Origin: Alphaproteobacteria bacterium
GTDB lineage: Bacteria; Pseudomonadota; Alphaproteobacteria; RF32; CAG-239
Assembly: GCA_017480995.1 (NCBI GenBank)
Contig: JAFUQJ010000022.1
Location: 1 to 44,045 of the forward strand
Reading direction: 5' to 3'
DNA length: 44,045 bases
Part shown: positions 1-8,299 of the stretch, piece by piece
How the letters are laid out: every line of letters begins with the position of its first letter
How positions within the stretch are numbered: position 1 is the stretch's first letter
Notes under the pieces: generated by a model
What the model was told of the DNA's origin: nothing
Database searches by the model: none
Seen by the model: only the letters and a program-made list of their open reading frames with translations
Position numbers and translations under genes: made by a program

Positions 1-123
1 CTCGGGCGGCATAAAATGCCTGACCCGAGGATCTCAGAAGCTATACAGCCTTGACAACAAATCACGAATAACGAATTACAACTCACAAATCACCATTTCG
101 TCAATTCGACCCGTGATTTATCA

Positions 124-152
124 TTGACACTTTGCGAAAAATATCCGATAAT
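124..152 (+). promoter_or_regulatory. Putative sigma70-type promoter of the 195..1412 gene
   Basis: TTGACA (124-129), a 17 nt spacer, then GATAAT (147-152). A GAGGA RBS at 181-185 lies 9 nt before the ATG at 195. Confidence 0.5.
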
Positions 153-194
153 AATTAAAGAATTGCACTTTTATCTTTTTGAGGATGTTTCGAA

Positions 195-1412
195 ATGTCT
201 CGTCTGTCTTTGTCTTGTCTCTTTCTCTCCTCTGCCGCCGTTTTGTTGGTCACTGCGGCAGAGGCCTCCGCCCAGTCCTGCACCGAAGCTCCCGACTGTG
301 CCGAACTCGGCTATACCAAATCTGTTTCCGACTGCAGCGGAAAAACAATTCTCTACTGCCCGTTTGATTCGACAAAGGCTTATTGCAATGATGAAACCTC
401 CTGTGATTCGCTCGGCTTTACCGACACGATTTCAGAATGCCCGGGCGAATATACGGTGTGTCCGTCGGATTCAACCAAGGGTAAGTGTATCTTTGAAGCC
501 TCGCCCGGTGATTTGAAATATTCTTTGCGCACGGCTGATCATAACGGCTGGCGCTTGTGCGACGGACGCTCTTATTCTTCCTCACGGTTTCCCGAACTTT
601 ACGCCGCTATCAGCGGTTCGTTCGGAACCACTCTGCCAAACTATACCGGTTACTTTCTTAAAGCGACAGCCACTTCTTCGGCTTCATCTTTCAAAACTGC
701 TCAGGCGGCGGGGTTGCCGAATATCACAGCCTCTTGGAAGTCCGCTTATGAAGATGAGAATAGCGGCGGAACAAGCTGCTCCGGGGCGATGTCCTGTACA
801 GAATATGCGAGTAACACAACTTATAGTATGGAAATCCCCAAAAGTTCTGGAGCAGGATATATCGCCCGTTCGTTTTCTGCCTCAAATTCAAATTCCATTT
901 ACGGAAATTCCTATACTGTTACGCCGCAGAACTATTCCGCCAATGTCTTTATTTATACCGGCAGGGACAAAGGTTCTTCAACAACCTTATCCTGCTCGCA
1001 AGGAGACTTTTACAACAGTGACGGAACATGTTCTTCTTCGGCTACCGGAAAAACTGTTTTGGGTATGGTTTACAGCTTTTCCTCAACTTCTACCAAGGAT
1101 TACATGACATTAATTTTCGGCGGCGGCTCTACGGCAGCATCAGCCGATGCTGCCGATTCGGTATGCGAAAGCAGCGGAGGATATTTACCCTACTCGGCTT
1201 TGGGCGGTTATATTACTGTGATAAACAATAATAGCTCCAAAATACCGACATCGTCAACCTCTGTATATAAGACAAATACGTCCCGCAAATATTACAACGG
1301 AACTATGGGATATTACACTTGTACGTCATCATCTTGTTCTTTATCAAGTTCAAGTACAACGCTGTCCAATATTTACTATTACTGCGTTAAAAGTATGACA
1401 TTTATAAAGTAA
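195..1412 (+). CDS. Secreted Cys-repeat / phage tail-collar-motif protein with a Ser/Thr-rich C-terminal half
   Basis: Signal peptide MSRLSLSCLFLSSAAVLLVTAAEASA. Two tandem repeats have the pattern C-x11-C-x6/7-C-x8-C (CAELGYTKSVSDC..CPFDSTKAYC and CDSLGFTDTISEC..CPSDSTKGKC). Residues ~105-157 (HNGWRLCDGRSYSSSRFPELYAAISGSFGTTLPNYTGYF) match the tail-collar pattern GW-x-LCDG...[FY]P-x-L[FY]...LP...G-x-F. Confidence 0.75.
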   Translation: MSRLSLSCLFLSSAAVLLVTAAEASAQSCTEAPDCAELGYTKSVSDCSGKTILYCPFDSTKAYCNDETSCDSLGFTDTISECPGEYTVCPSDSTKGKCIFEASPGDLKYSLRTADHNGWRLCDGRSYSSSRFPELYAAISGSFGTTLPNYTGYFLKATATSSASSFKTAQAAGLPNITASWKSAYEDENSGGTSCSGAMSCTEYASNTTYSMEIPKSSGAGYIARSFSASNSNSIYGNSYTVTPQNYSANVFIYTGRDKGSSTTLSCSQGDFYNSDGTCSSSATGKTVLGMVYSFSSTSTKDYMTLIFGGGSTAASADAADSVCESSGGYLPYSALGGYITVINNNSSKIPTSSTSVYKTNTSRKYYNGTMGYYTCTSSSCSLSSSSTTLSNIYYYCVKSMTFIK

Positions 1413-1488
1413 TCACAGCTAAAATCCCGGAAACAGTATTCTGTACCTTGAAAAAGCCGAACAGAAAAAAGTCCCGGGGATATTAGCC

Positions 1489-1518
1489 AAAAGAGCCTGC
1501 TCAAACAGGCTCTTTTTT
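1489..1518. terminator. Bidirectional rho-independent terminator between convergent genes
   Basis: The stem pairs aaaagagcctg with caggctctttt around a 6 nt loop. A T-run follows on the + strand and an A-run precedes it, which gives a T-run on the - strand. Confidence 0.7.
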
Positions 1519-1529
1519 AGTATGGGAAA

Positions 1530-2597
1530 TCAGCGCGTATGCGGCGGTCTGACAACGGTCTGCGCGCCGCTTTGGTTTTGTTGCCGGATAATTCCGGAAA
1601 TACGCGGGTTATATTTTTGCAGTTCTTCAAGCGTGTAAGGCTGTTCGACCTTGATGTCGACAATATGTCCGGCCACCACCATATTGGCGGCAAAAGCCTT
1701 GGCTTCGTCCGGATTCTTGCTCAGACGCTGCAGCAGGATTTCCGTGTGTCCTGCTTCTTTGAGCATTTTGGCGGTAGCGACAAAATGTTCGTATTCCTCG
1801 CTGGCCAGCGTGATTTTCTTGTCGCTGTGAATTGTCAGAGAACCGGTCGGCCGGTCTTCTTCGCGCTTTTTCCACGGGTATAGGTCATAACGGATAAAGT
1901 CATCGTCTTTCTTGTCCGTGCGTCTGAAACGGATGCCGTAAGCCGGCGCGTTTTTCTTAAAGCCGCGGACCAGGTCGGCGCCGTATTCTTTTTCGCGAAC
2001 CGGAGCCAGCGGATCAATCAGCGGCGGAGTTTCGTTAACAACGGTTTTCTGCGGTTTGATTTCCACCTGTTTTTCTTTTTTGGGCGGCCGGCGGTGCGTC
2101 TCAAGTTCAGTCAGCGAGTTGTTGTAATGAGGCACAAAACTTGACCAGCATTCTTCGCTGAGGCCGGAGTAAGGTATCAGCCGCGGCGCAACCCGGCAGT
2201 ATTTCATCAGGGACGCGCGCTCTTTGTCAGGCACCAGCCACTTGTTTTCTTCCGCTTGAGCCAAACGCTCGTCACATTCGTCCCACAAGGCGCGGAACAT
2301 TTCTTTTTTTATGATTTCGGGATTCTTGCTCTTGGCCAGGTTTGAAAACAAAAAGACCAGATCCGAAGTCGGCAGTTCGTCGAGACGCTCGGGAGAAAGA
2401 TCGTTTTCGATAACGTAGGCTTCCGCTTTGCTTTGCAAAAAGTCCAAACCTTTGCGGCGCAGTTTGCGCGCCTGCGGAGAATTTTTCTCCAGATTGTCGG
2501 CTGCTTCAAAATATTGCGCGGCTTCTTTGTTGATTTCCTGAATTCTGACCCGCGGATAACGCGGCGCCGGGTTTTCTTCGGTTGTTTCTTCGGTCAT
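1530..2597 (-). CDS. Hypothetical protein (355 aa), no family recognised
   Basis: The ORF is open to a GTG at 2636. However, the ATG at 2597 has an AAGGA RBS 9 nt upstream and lies downstream of a near-consensus promoter that overlaps the longer start. The protein is charged and Lys/Glu-rich with no signal peptide. Confidence 0.7.
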   Translation of the reverse strand: MTEETTEENPAPRYPRVRIQEINKEAAQYFEAADNLEKNSPQARKLRRKGLDFLQSKAEAYVIENDLSPERLDELPTSDLVFLFSNLAKSKNPEIIKKEMFRALWDECDERLAQAEENKWLVPDKERASLMKYCRVAPRLIPYSGLSEECWSSFVPHYNNSLTELETHRRPPKKEKQVEIKPQKTVVNETPPLIDPLAPVREKEYGADLVRGFKKNAPAYGIRFRRTDKKDDDFIRYDLYPWKKREEDRPTGSLTIHSDKKITLASEEYEHFVATAKMLKEAGHTEILLQRLSKNPDEAKAFAANMVVAGHIVDIKVEQPYTLEELQKYNPRISGIIRQQNQSGAQTVVRPPHTR

Positions 2598-2626
2598 AGT
2601 CTTGTGTCCTTTGCTCAGATAACGAG

Positions 2627-2655
2627 AGTATAGCACAAAGAAAGGCTGTTATCAA
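2627..2655 (-). promoter_or_regulatory. Putative sigma70-type promoter of the 1530..2597 gene
   Basis: On the minus strand: TTGATA (2655-2650), a 17 nt spacer, then TATACT (2632-2627). Confidence 0.5.
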
Positions 2656-2672
2656 TACAAAATTAGACAAAA

Positions 2673-4055
2673 CTAAAGGGCCTTTTTTTGCTCCGCAATC
2701 TGCTTGAGACGATTATCCAGGTCATCGATTCTTAAAGACAATTGCCGTGAAGGGCCTGCTTTTCTCGCGGTTTTGAGCTGTTCGCGCGCACCTTCGGGCT
2801 GACCGATGCGGTACGAATATTCTGCCGCGGCATAATTTGCGCCGGCCGCGTTTTCCGTTTCGCCGTAAGCGCGGGCCAGCAACATCCATGCAAAGGCGTT
2901 CGGCCGGCTGATAAGCGCCTTGTTGAGAAGATTGACCGCTTCGGCCGCCTGCACCGCGGAAGGAGCGTCTTCCAGCAGACTTTGCGCATAGCTGATTTGC
3001 AGCAGCGCCGAGTTCGGCATCAGGGCAAGGGCTTTCCGGTAATTTTCTTTGGCCGGTTTGATTTTGCCGGTTTCAAGATAAATCTGCGCTTTCAGCTCAT
3101 AAAAATACGGATTGTTTGGTTCTCTGGCAATCAATTGGTCGATTTTGCCCTGCGCCTGCGCAAATTTAAGCTGCTTGAACAAGGCGATGCTCTGCGCGTA
3201 TAACGCCGGCGTCGACGTCTCTTGCGGCGGATATTTTTTCAGCGTCTGCTGCGGCGCCGCCAAATAGGCGTAGAGTTTGGCTTTGACGCGTTCAAACGCG
3301 TTCTGATGTCTGCTTTCCGCCGGATAATTGTTTTGCGCCAGCGCCTGTTCAAAAAAGCCGATGCGCTCGGACGTGACCGGATGCGTGCGGAAGTAGGGCG
3401 ATTCTTCGCGGCCGCTTAGTTGGTTCTGCTTGTTGATTTTTTTCATAAAAGTCAGCATTCCCTGCGGGCTTTGTCCGGTTTTGGCGAGCAATCCGAGAGC
3501 CGCCTCGTCGGCGGCGCGTTCTTCTTCGGTGCGGTAGCGCAGATAATTGGTCAGCATTGAGCTTTGGCTTCCGAGCATGGCCGCCATCGCCACGTCGCCG
3601 CGTCCCGAAACCGCCGCCGCGGTTCCGGCCAGAATTGCCGAGACCAGTCCGACTTCCTGCATGCTTTGGTTCTTGAGCTTCTGCCGCAGAATATGCCCGC
3701 CCTGAATATGCCCGGTTTCGTGCGCAATGACGCCGGCCAGCTCGTTGGGCGAGGCGGCGTTAAGAATGGTGCCGGTATGAATAAACAGATGATTGCCGTC
3801 CGCAACAAAGGCGTTCAGGCTCGGATCGTTGACAATGTGAATCTCGTTGCGGTTGTATTTTATGCCGGCGGCCTCAAACAGCGGTCTGATGATGTCTCCG
3901 AGCAGCTGCTCGGTTTCTTCGTCGGAAATCAGGCTGATTTCCTGCGCGTGCGGCGTCAGGCTCAGAAACAGCGCAAAAACCATCGGCAGCCAGAAGCTGC
4001 CGATGCGTAATTTCAGTTTTCGAAAACTCAGCCTTTGATAAGTTTTTTCCACCAA
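2673..4055 (-). CDS. M48-family zinc metalloprotease with C-terminal TPR repeats (BepA/YfgC-like)
   Basis: HETGHIQGGH contains the HExxH motif. There is an N-terminal signal/anchor (FWLPMVFALFLSLTPHAQE) and a C-terminal TPR-like region (YFYELKAQIYLETGK..., ALALMPN...). The exact start is uncertain because the annotated start overlaps the rne 3' end by 28 nt. Confidence 0.85.
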   Translation of the reverse strand: MVEKTYQRLSFRKLKLRIGSFWLPMVFALFLSLTPHAQEISLISDEETEQLLGDIIRPLFEAAGIKYNRNEIHIVNDPSLNAFVADGNHLFIHTGTILNAASPNELAGVIAHETGHIQGGHILRQKLKNQSMQEVGLVSAILAGTAAAVSGRGDVAMAAMLGSQSSMLTNYLRYRTEEERAADEAALGLLAKTGQSPQGMLTFMKKINKQNQLSGREESPYFRTHPVTSERIGFFEQALAQNNYPAESRHQNAFERVKAKLYAYLAAPQQTLKKYPPQETSTPALYAQSIALFKQLKFAQAQGKIDQLIAREPNNPYFYELKAQIYLETGKIKPAKENYRKALALMPNSALLQISYAQSLLEDAPSAVQAAEAVNLLNKALISRPNAFAWMLLARAYGETENAAGANYAAAEYSYRIGQPEGAREQLKTARKAGPSRQLSLRIDDLDNRLKQIAEQKKAL

Positions 4056-6481
4056 GTTGATTTTTCCTTTGCCGGTTCGTTTGTCGGCGCGGCGTCAGCC
4101 TGTCCGTTATCGGATTTAATATCTTCGTGGCTGTTGTACAAGATGACGGCCTCTTGTTTTTCTTTTGGAGCGGCAGTCTCGGCGGCAGAGCTTTCTTTGC
4201 GGTCGAACCGGCCGCGTCCGCGGCGGTCAAAACGGTTGCGGCCTCTGCGCCGGTCGCGTCCGCCTCTGCGGCGTTCGTCCTGCTGCGGCTCCGCGGCGTT
4301 TTCCTCATCGGGCGCGTCCGCGCTTTCTTCTGCCGGAGCCGTTTTCTTTTCTTCTTTGGGTTCCGGTTTGGTCTCGGAAACCGGCGCCTCTTCTTTGACG
4401 GCCTTGGTACGCTCGATTTTGTGCTCGGTAATGCATTTTATCGAATCGTCGGCGCTGATGACGATGCACATCTTGTACTTTTGCTCAAGCGCGGCCAGCA
4501 TCTGCCGTTTTTGGTTGAGCAGATAAATCGCGATTTCCGACGGAACATAAACGTTGACCTTGGAGGAGCGGCCCTTGATGCCTTCTTCTTCGATCATGCG
4601 CAGAATGTAAACGGCGCTGGATTCAATCGTGCGGACAATGCCTTTTCCCTGGCAGTGCGGGCAGACCTGATAGTTGCTTTCAAAGAACGAGGAGTGCATC
4701 CGCTGGCGGGACAGTTCCAGCAGGCCGAACATGCTCATCTTGCCGACCTGAATCCGCGAGCGGTCTTTTTTGAGCGCTTCTTTCATGCGTTTTTCAACCG
4801 CGTGGTTATTGGCCGGCTCGTCCATGTCGATAAAGTCGATGACGACCAAACCGGCGAGGTTGCGCATTCTGAGCTGGCGGGCGATTTCGTCGCAGGCTTC
4901 CAGATTGGTTTTGAGCGCGGTCTCTTCAAGGTCTTTTTCTTTGGTGGCGCGGCCCGAGTTGACGTCGATTGAAATCAGCGCCTCGGTCGGGTTGATCACC
5001 AGATAGCCGCCCGATTCGAGCTGGGCGTTGGCCTCGTGCAGCTTGTCAAGCTGGCCTTCCACCTGAAAGCGCTGAAACAGCGGCATGTCGTTATTGCGGT
5101 AGAGTTTGATTTTTTTGAGATTGTGCGGAGACAAGATTCGGAAAAAGTCTTTGGCCGACTTGAAGGCTTCTTCGCCGGCGACCAGAATTTCTGCCGTCTC
5201 TTTGCTGTATATGTCGCGCAGGGCGCGTTTGATCAGGTTACCTTCCTCATGAATCAGCGCCGGAGCCTTGCCTTTGAGCGAATCAAGGCGGATCTGGTTC
5301 CAGGTGCGGATAAGATAGTTGTAGTCGCGGACAATGTCTGCTTTGGTCTTTTCTTCGCCGGCGGTGCGGACAATAATGGACATGTCGCTGGTCAGCGGCA
5401 GTTCTTTGACAATTCCTTTAAGCCGGGTGCGGTCGGCGGCATTGGTGATCTTGCGCGAAACGCCGCCGCTTTTGATGCGGTTGGGCATCAAAACGCAGTA
5501 GCGGCCGGCCAGCGACAGATAAGTCGTCAGCGCCGCGCCTTTGTTGCCGCGTTCTTCTTTGACAACCTGCACCAGCACGATCTGCCCTTCTTTGATGACG
5601 TCCTGAATCTTGTTGCGGTGGAACAGCTTGCGGGCGCGGATGAGTTTGCGCTGCAGCTCAAAGTCGGTTTCGGTGTCGTCGTCGTCTTCGTCGACTTCTT
5701 CTTCAACTACGGAACTGCCGAAAGCCGATGTTTTTTCTTCGTCGGCGTCATCGCTCTCGTCGACTTCGGCGCTGACCTGTTCTTCTTCAAGGCCGGCGGC
5801 TTCGGTCATGACTTTCAGGGGTTCTTCCTCGGCTTTTTCGGCCTCGGCCTGTTTGCGGATTCTCTTTTTCAGCACCCGTTTTTTGGGGCGGTGTTTCTTA
5901 TCGCCGGTTTCTTCTTCGGCCGGCGCCGCTGCCGGCGCGGCGTCGGCGGTTTCCGCGGCGGGGGCGTCCTCTTGTTCTTTGTTTGGTTCGGCCGTGTTCG
6001 GCTCGGCTTCTGCCGGAGTTTTGTCAGCCTCTTCGGCCGGCGCGGTTTCTGCCGCGGCTTTTTGTTCGGCTTCCGCGGCTGCCTGGGCTTCGGCTTTGGC
6101 CTTCAGGGCCGCTTCGCGCGCGGCGGCTTTTTCCTTGCGGATTCTTTCGCGCTCCAGCTCGCGTTCCTTAATCGCCTGTTTTTTGTTTTCGATAATCTCG
6201 TCGACTTCTTTGTCAACGGCGCTGAGTTCTTCTTCCGAAAGGTTGTAGTAATCGGGATGGATTTCGCCAAAGGCCATGAAACCGTGTTTGTTGCCGCCGT
6301 AATCGATAAAACAGGCCTGCAGCGACGGTTCGACGCGCATGACTTTTCCGAGATAAATGTTGCCTTTAATCTGGCGGCGGTGCGTCGTTTCGCACTCGAC
6401 GTCTTCGAGTTTGTTTCCGTTAACGACCACAACGCGGGTTTCTTCCGGCTGGGTGGCGTCAATCAGCATTCTTTTGGTCAT
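4028..6481 (-). CDS. rne: Ribonuclease E
   Basis: MTKRMLIDATQPEETRVVVV, an S1 domain (GNIYLGKVMRVEPSLQACFIDYG ... KEERGNKGAALTTYLSLAGRY), the catalytic core (LVINPTEALISIDVNSG, AGLVVIDFIDM), a CPHCQGKG Zn-link and an Arg-rich tail (RRRGGRDRRRGRNRFDRRGRGRF). The ATG at 6481 has a GGAG RBS 9 nt upstream. Confidence 0.95.
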   Translation of the reverse strand: MTKRMLIDATQPEETRVVVVNGNKLEDVECETTHRRQIKGNIYLGKVMRVEPSLQACFIDYGGNKHGFMAFGEIHPDYYNLSEEELSAVDKEVDEIIENKKQAIKERELERERIRKEKAAAREAALKAKAEAQAAAEAEQKAAAETAPAEEADKTPAEAEPNTAEPNKEQEDAPAAETADAAPAAAPAEEETGDKKHRPKKRVLKKRIRKQAEAEKAEEEPLKVMTEAAGLEEEQVSAEVDESDDADEEKTSAFGSSVVEEEVDEDDDDTETDFELQRKLIRARKLFHRNKIQDVIKEGQIVLVQVVKEERGNKGAALTTYLSLAGRYCVLMPNRIKSGGVSRKITNAADRTRLKGIVKELPLTSDMSIIVRTAGEEKTKADIVRDYNYLIRTWNQIRLDSLKGKAPALIHEEGNLIKRALRDIYSKETAEILVAGEEAFKSAKDFFRILSPHNLKKIKLYRNNDMPLFQRFQVEGQLDKLHEANAQLESGGYLVINPTEALISIDVNSGRATKEKDLEETALKTNLEACDEIARQLRMRNLAGLVVIDFIDMDEPANNHAVEKRMKEALKKDRSRIQVGKMSMFGLLELSRQRMHSSFFESNYQVCPHCQGKGIVRTIESSAVYILRMIEEEGIKGRSSKVNVYVPSEIAIYLLNQKRQMLAALEQKYKMCIVISADDSIKCITEHKIERTKAVKEEAPVSETKPEPKEEKKTAPAEESADAPDEENAAEPQQDERRRGGRDRRRGRNRFDRRGRGRFDRKESSAAETAAPKEKQEAVILYNSHEDIKSDNGQADAAPTNEPAKEKSTWWKKLIKG

Positions 6482-6857
6482 AAATAAAATCTCCACAGGG
6501 TTTATGTTGCATAAACCGGATTGATACACTGCTGCCGGAAGATTGAATCAGAAAGAAATACACAAATTAGGCCGGACTTCGCAAAGTCGGCGTCTTTTAT
6601 ATAAAAAACTCAAAGGCTCTGAATCTCTTCATCTTAAATAAGCCTTAAATCAAACATCTCTCTGGAACAGGAGCCGATAGTTATTATTGTTGATTGGGAG
6701 CCCCTGTCATAAAAACCTGTCCGGCAAAATTTTTGCTCCTGACCGCAGACGCTGCGCATCTATCGTTATGATAAGACGGCGGTACCAGATTTTGTCCCCG
6801 AAGTCTGAAAGTCTGCACAAAGTAGGGACGCATCCGGTAAAAATCGCTTTGGTCAAT
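6482..6857 (-). promoter_or_regulatory. Long structured 5' leader of rne (candidate autoregulatory UTR)
   Basis: About 376 nt of non-coding sequence lies between the candidate promoter and the rne ATG. It contains stem-loops, for example 6571-6591 (gccggactt / aagtcggc). It holds no credible ORF. Confidence 0.45.
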
Positions 6858-6863
6858 ATCCAC

Positions 6864-6892
6864 AATATACGTTTTGTTTTAAAACACAACAA
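6864..6892 (-). promoter_or_regulatory. Candidate rne promoter
   Basis: On the minus strand: TTGTTG (6892-6887), a 17 nt spacer, then TATATT (6869-6864). Confidence 0.35.
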
Positions 6893-6957
6893 TAAAATTT
6901 ATTTGCGCATCATTTTAAGAGATTGGTAATAAGTCTTGCGTATAATCAAAAGATAAA

Positions 6958-8217
6958 ATGAGGAAAACTGGGATTTTGCCGATGCTTTTGCGGACAACCG
7001 TCATCAAAGTCAGAAAACTGCTGGGCTTCTTGCTCTGCGGTCTGGTGCTGCTGTCGTCCGGACACGCGTCTGCCGCGCAGATTTCCAATCTGCGGCTCGG
7101 GCAGGGTATCGGCAGTCTGCGGATTGTTTTTGACGCCGATTCCAAACTTGATTATAAGGTCTTTTTGCTCAGCGAACCTGAGCGTCTGGTTGTTGATCTC
7201 AAAAATACCGACATCGACAAGCGGCTCGAAAACCTCACCGACAAAAACACGCTGATTTCCGGCGCCCGCATCGGCAGCGTCGGCGTTGACGGCGCGCGCG
7301 TCGTGTTTGACCTGCGGCAGCCGGCGATTGTCAAAAAGGTTTTGCTGCTGCCGCCGCAAAGCAGTTTCAGCTGGCGATTCGTCGTCGATCTGGAAGTTGC
7401 CTCCGCGCGGGAATTCGCCTCCAAGGTCGGCAATGATCATGCGTTTACCAATCACGAAAACGTTGCCGCTTCGTCTGCCAAAAAAACGTCGTCCAAACGG
7501 CAGACCGCCGTCTTGCCCAAAAAGAAGAAGGTTATTGTCCTGGATCCCGGTCACGGCGGGGTTGATCCCGGCGCCATCGGCGTTTCCGGCGTATATGAAA
7601 AGCACATAACGCTCGCAATGGCGCGGGAGCTGAAAGAAGTTTTGGAAAAAAACAGCGCTTATAAGGTTTACCTTACCCGCAACCGCGATATCTTTATCCC
7701 GCTGCGCGACCGCGTTAAAATCGCCCGCCGCTATGATGCCGATCTGTTTCTGTCGATTCACGCCGACAGCGCCGCCAACCGCAGGGCGACCGGCCTGTCG
7801 GTTTATACGCTGTCCGAAAAAGCCTCCGACAAAGAGGCGGCGGCCCTGGCCGAAAAGGAAAACAAAGCCGATATTGTGGCCGGCCTCAATTTTGCCGAAC
7901 ATTCCAAAGAGGTTTCCGACATTCTGCTGAATCTGGCTCAGCGCGAGACGCTTAACCGCTCGTCCGAATTTGCCACTTTTATGGTCAGCGAAATGCGCAA
8001 ATCCACCCATACGCTCGATAATACGCACCGCTTCGCCGGTTTTGCGGTCTTGAAGGCGCCCGACGTGCCGTCTGTCCTGATGGAACTCGGCTACCTGTCC
8101 AACCGTTATGAAGAAAAGCAGCTGCAGCAGAAATCCTACCGCAAAAAGCTGGCCGCCGCCGCTGCCCGCGCGATTGACCGCTATTTTCAAAATATGCAGC
8201 ACGCATCGGTATTTTAG
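6958..8217 (+). CDS. amiC: N-acetylmuramoyl-L-alanine amidase (AMIN domain + Amidase_3), AmiC-type
   Basis: Signal peptide, then an AMIN-like N-terminus (LRIVFDADSKLDYKVFLLSEPERLVVDL). The amidase_3 core shows VIVLDPGHGGVDPGAIG ... LFLSIHADS ... GFAVLKAPDVPSVLMELGYLSN. Confidence 0.9.
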   Translation: MRKTGILPMLLRTTVIKVRKLLGFLLCGLVLLSSGHASAAQISNLRLGQGIGSLRIVFDADSKLDYKVFLLSEPERLVVDLKNTDIDKRLENLTDKNTLISGARIGSVGVDGARVVFDLRQPAIVKKVLLLPPQSSFSWRFVVDLEVASAREFASKVGNDHAFTNHENVAASSAKKTSSKRQTAVLPKKKKVIVLDPGHGGVDPGAIGVSGVYEKHITLAMARELKEVLEKNSAYKVYLTRNRDIFIPLRDRVKIARRYDADLFLSIHADSAANRRATGLSVYTLSEKASDKEAAALAEKENKADIVAGLNFAEHSKEVSDILLNLAQRETLNRSSEFATFMVSEMRKSTHTLDNTHRFAGFAVLKAPDVPSVLMELGYLSNRYEEKQLQQKSYRKKLAAAAARAIDRYFQNMQHASVF

Positions 8218-8299
8218 GTTTGACTCCGCCGCTTTTTTTATATAATAAGAAAGACAACGCAACCAGTTGTCTTTCCTCATTGATTCTGTCGGATTAAAC

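Noticed and set aside
1-30. An imperfect hairpin (ctcggg-c-ggcat-aaa-atgcc-tga-cccgag) at the left edge of the window.
   Set aside because: It is truncated by the window edge, has internal mismatches and lacks a T-run. I cannot tell whether it is a terminator of an unseen upstream gene.
6687-6929. 80-aa and 61-aa ORFs inside the rne-amiC intergenic region.
   Set aside because: They have no RBS, odd composition, and overlap each other on opposite strands within an AT-rich structured leader. They are more consistent with non-coding RNA or regulatory sequence.
6941-6946. A TATAAT hexamer 12 nt upstream of the amiC ATG as the amiC promoter -10.
   Set aside because: There is no acceptable -35 at 16-18 nt, and it would give an almost leaderless transcript without an SD. 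It is left unannotated.
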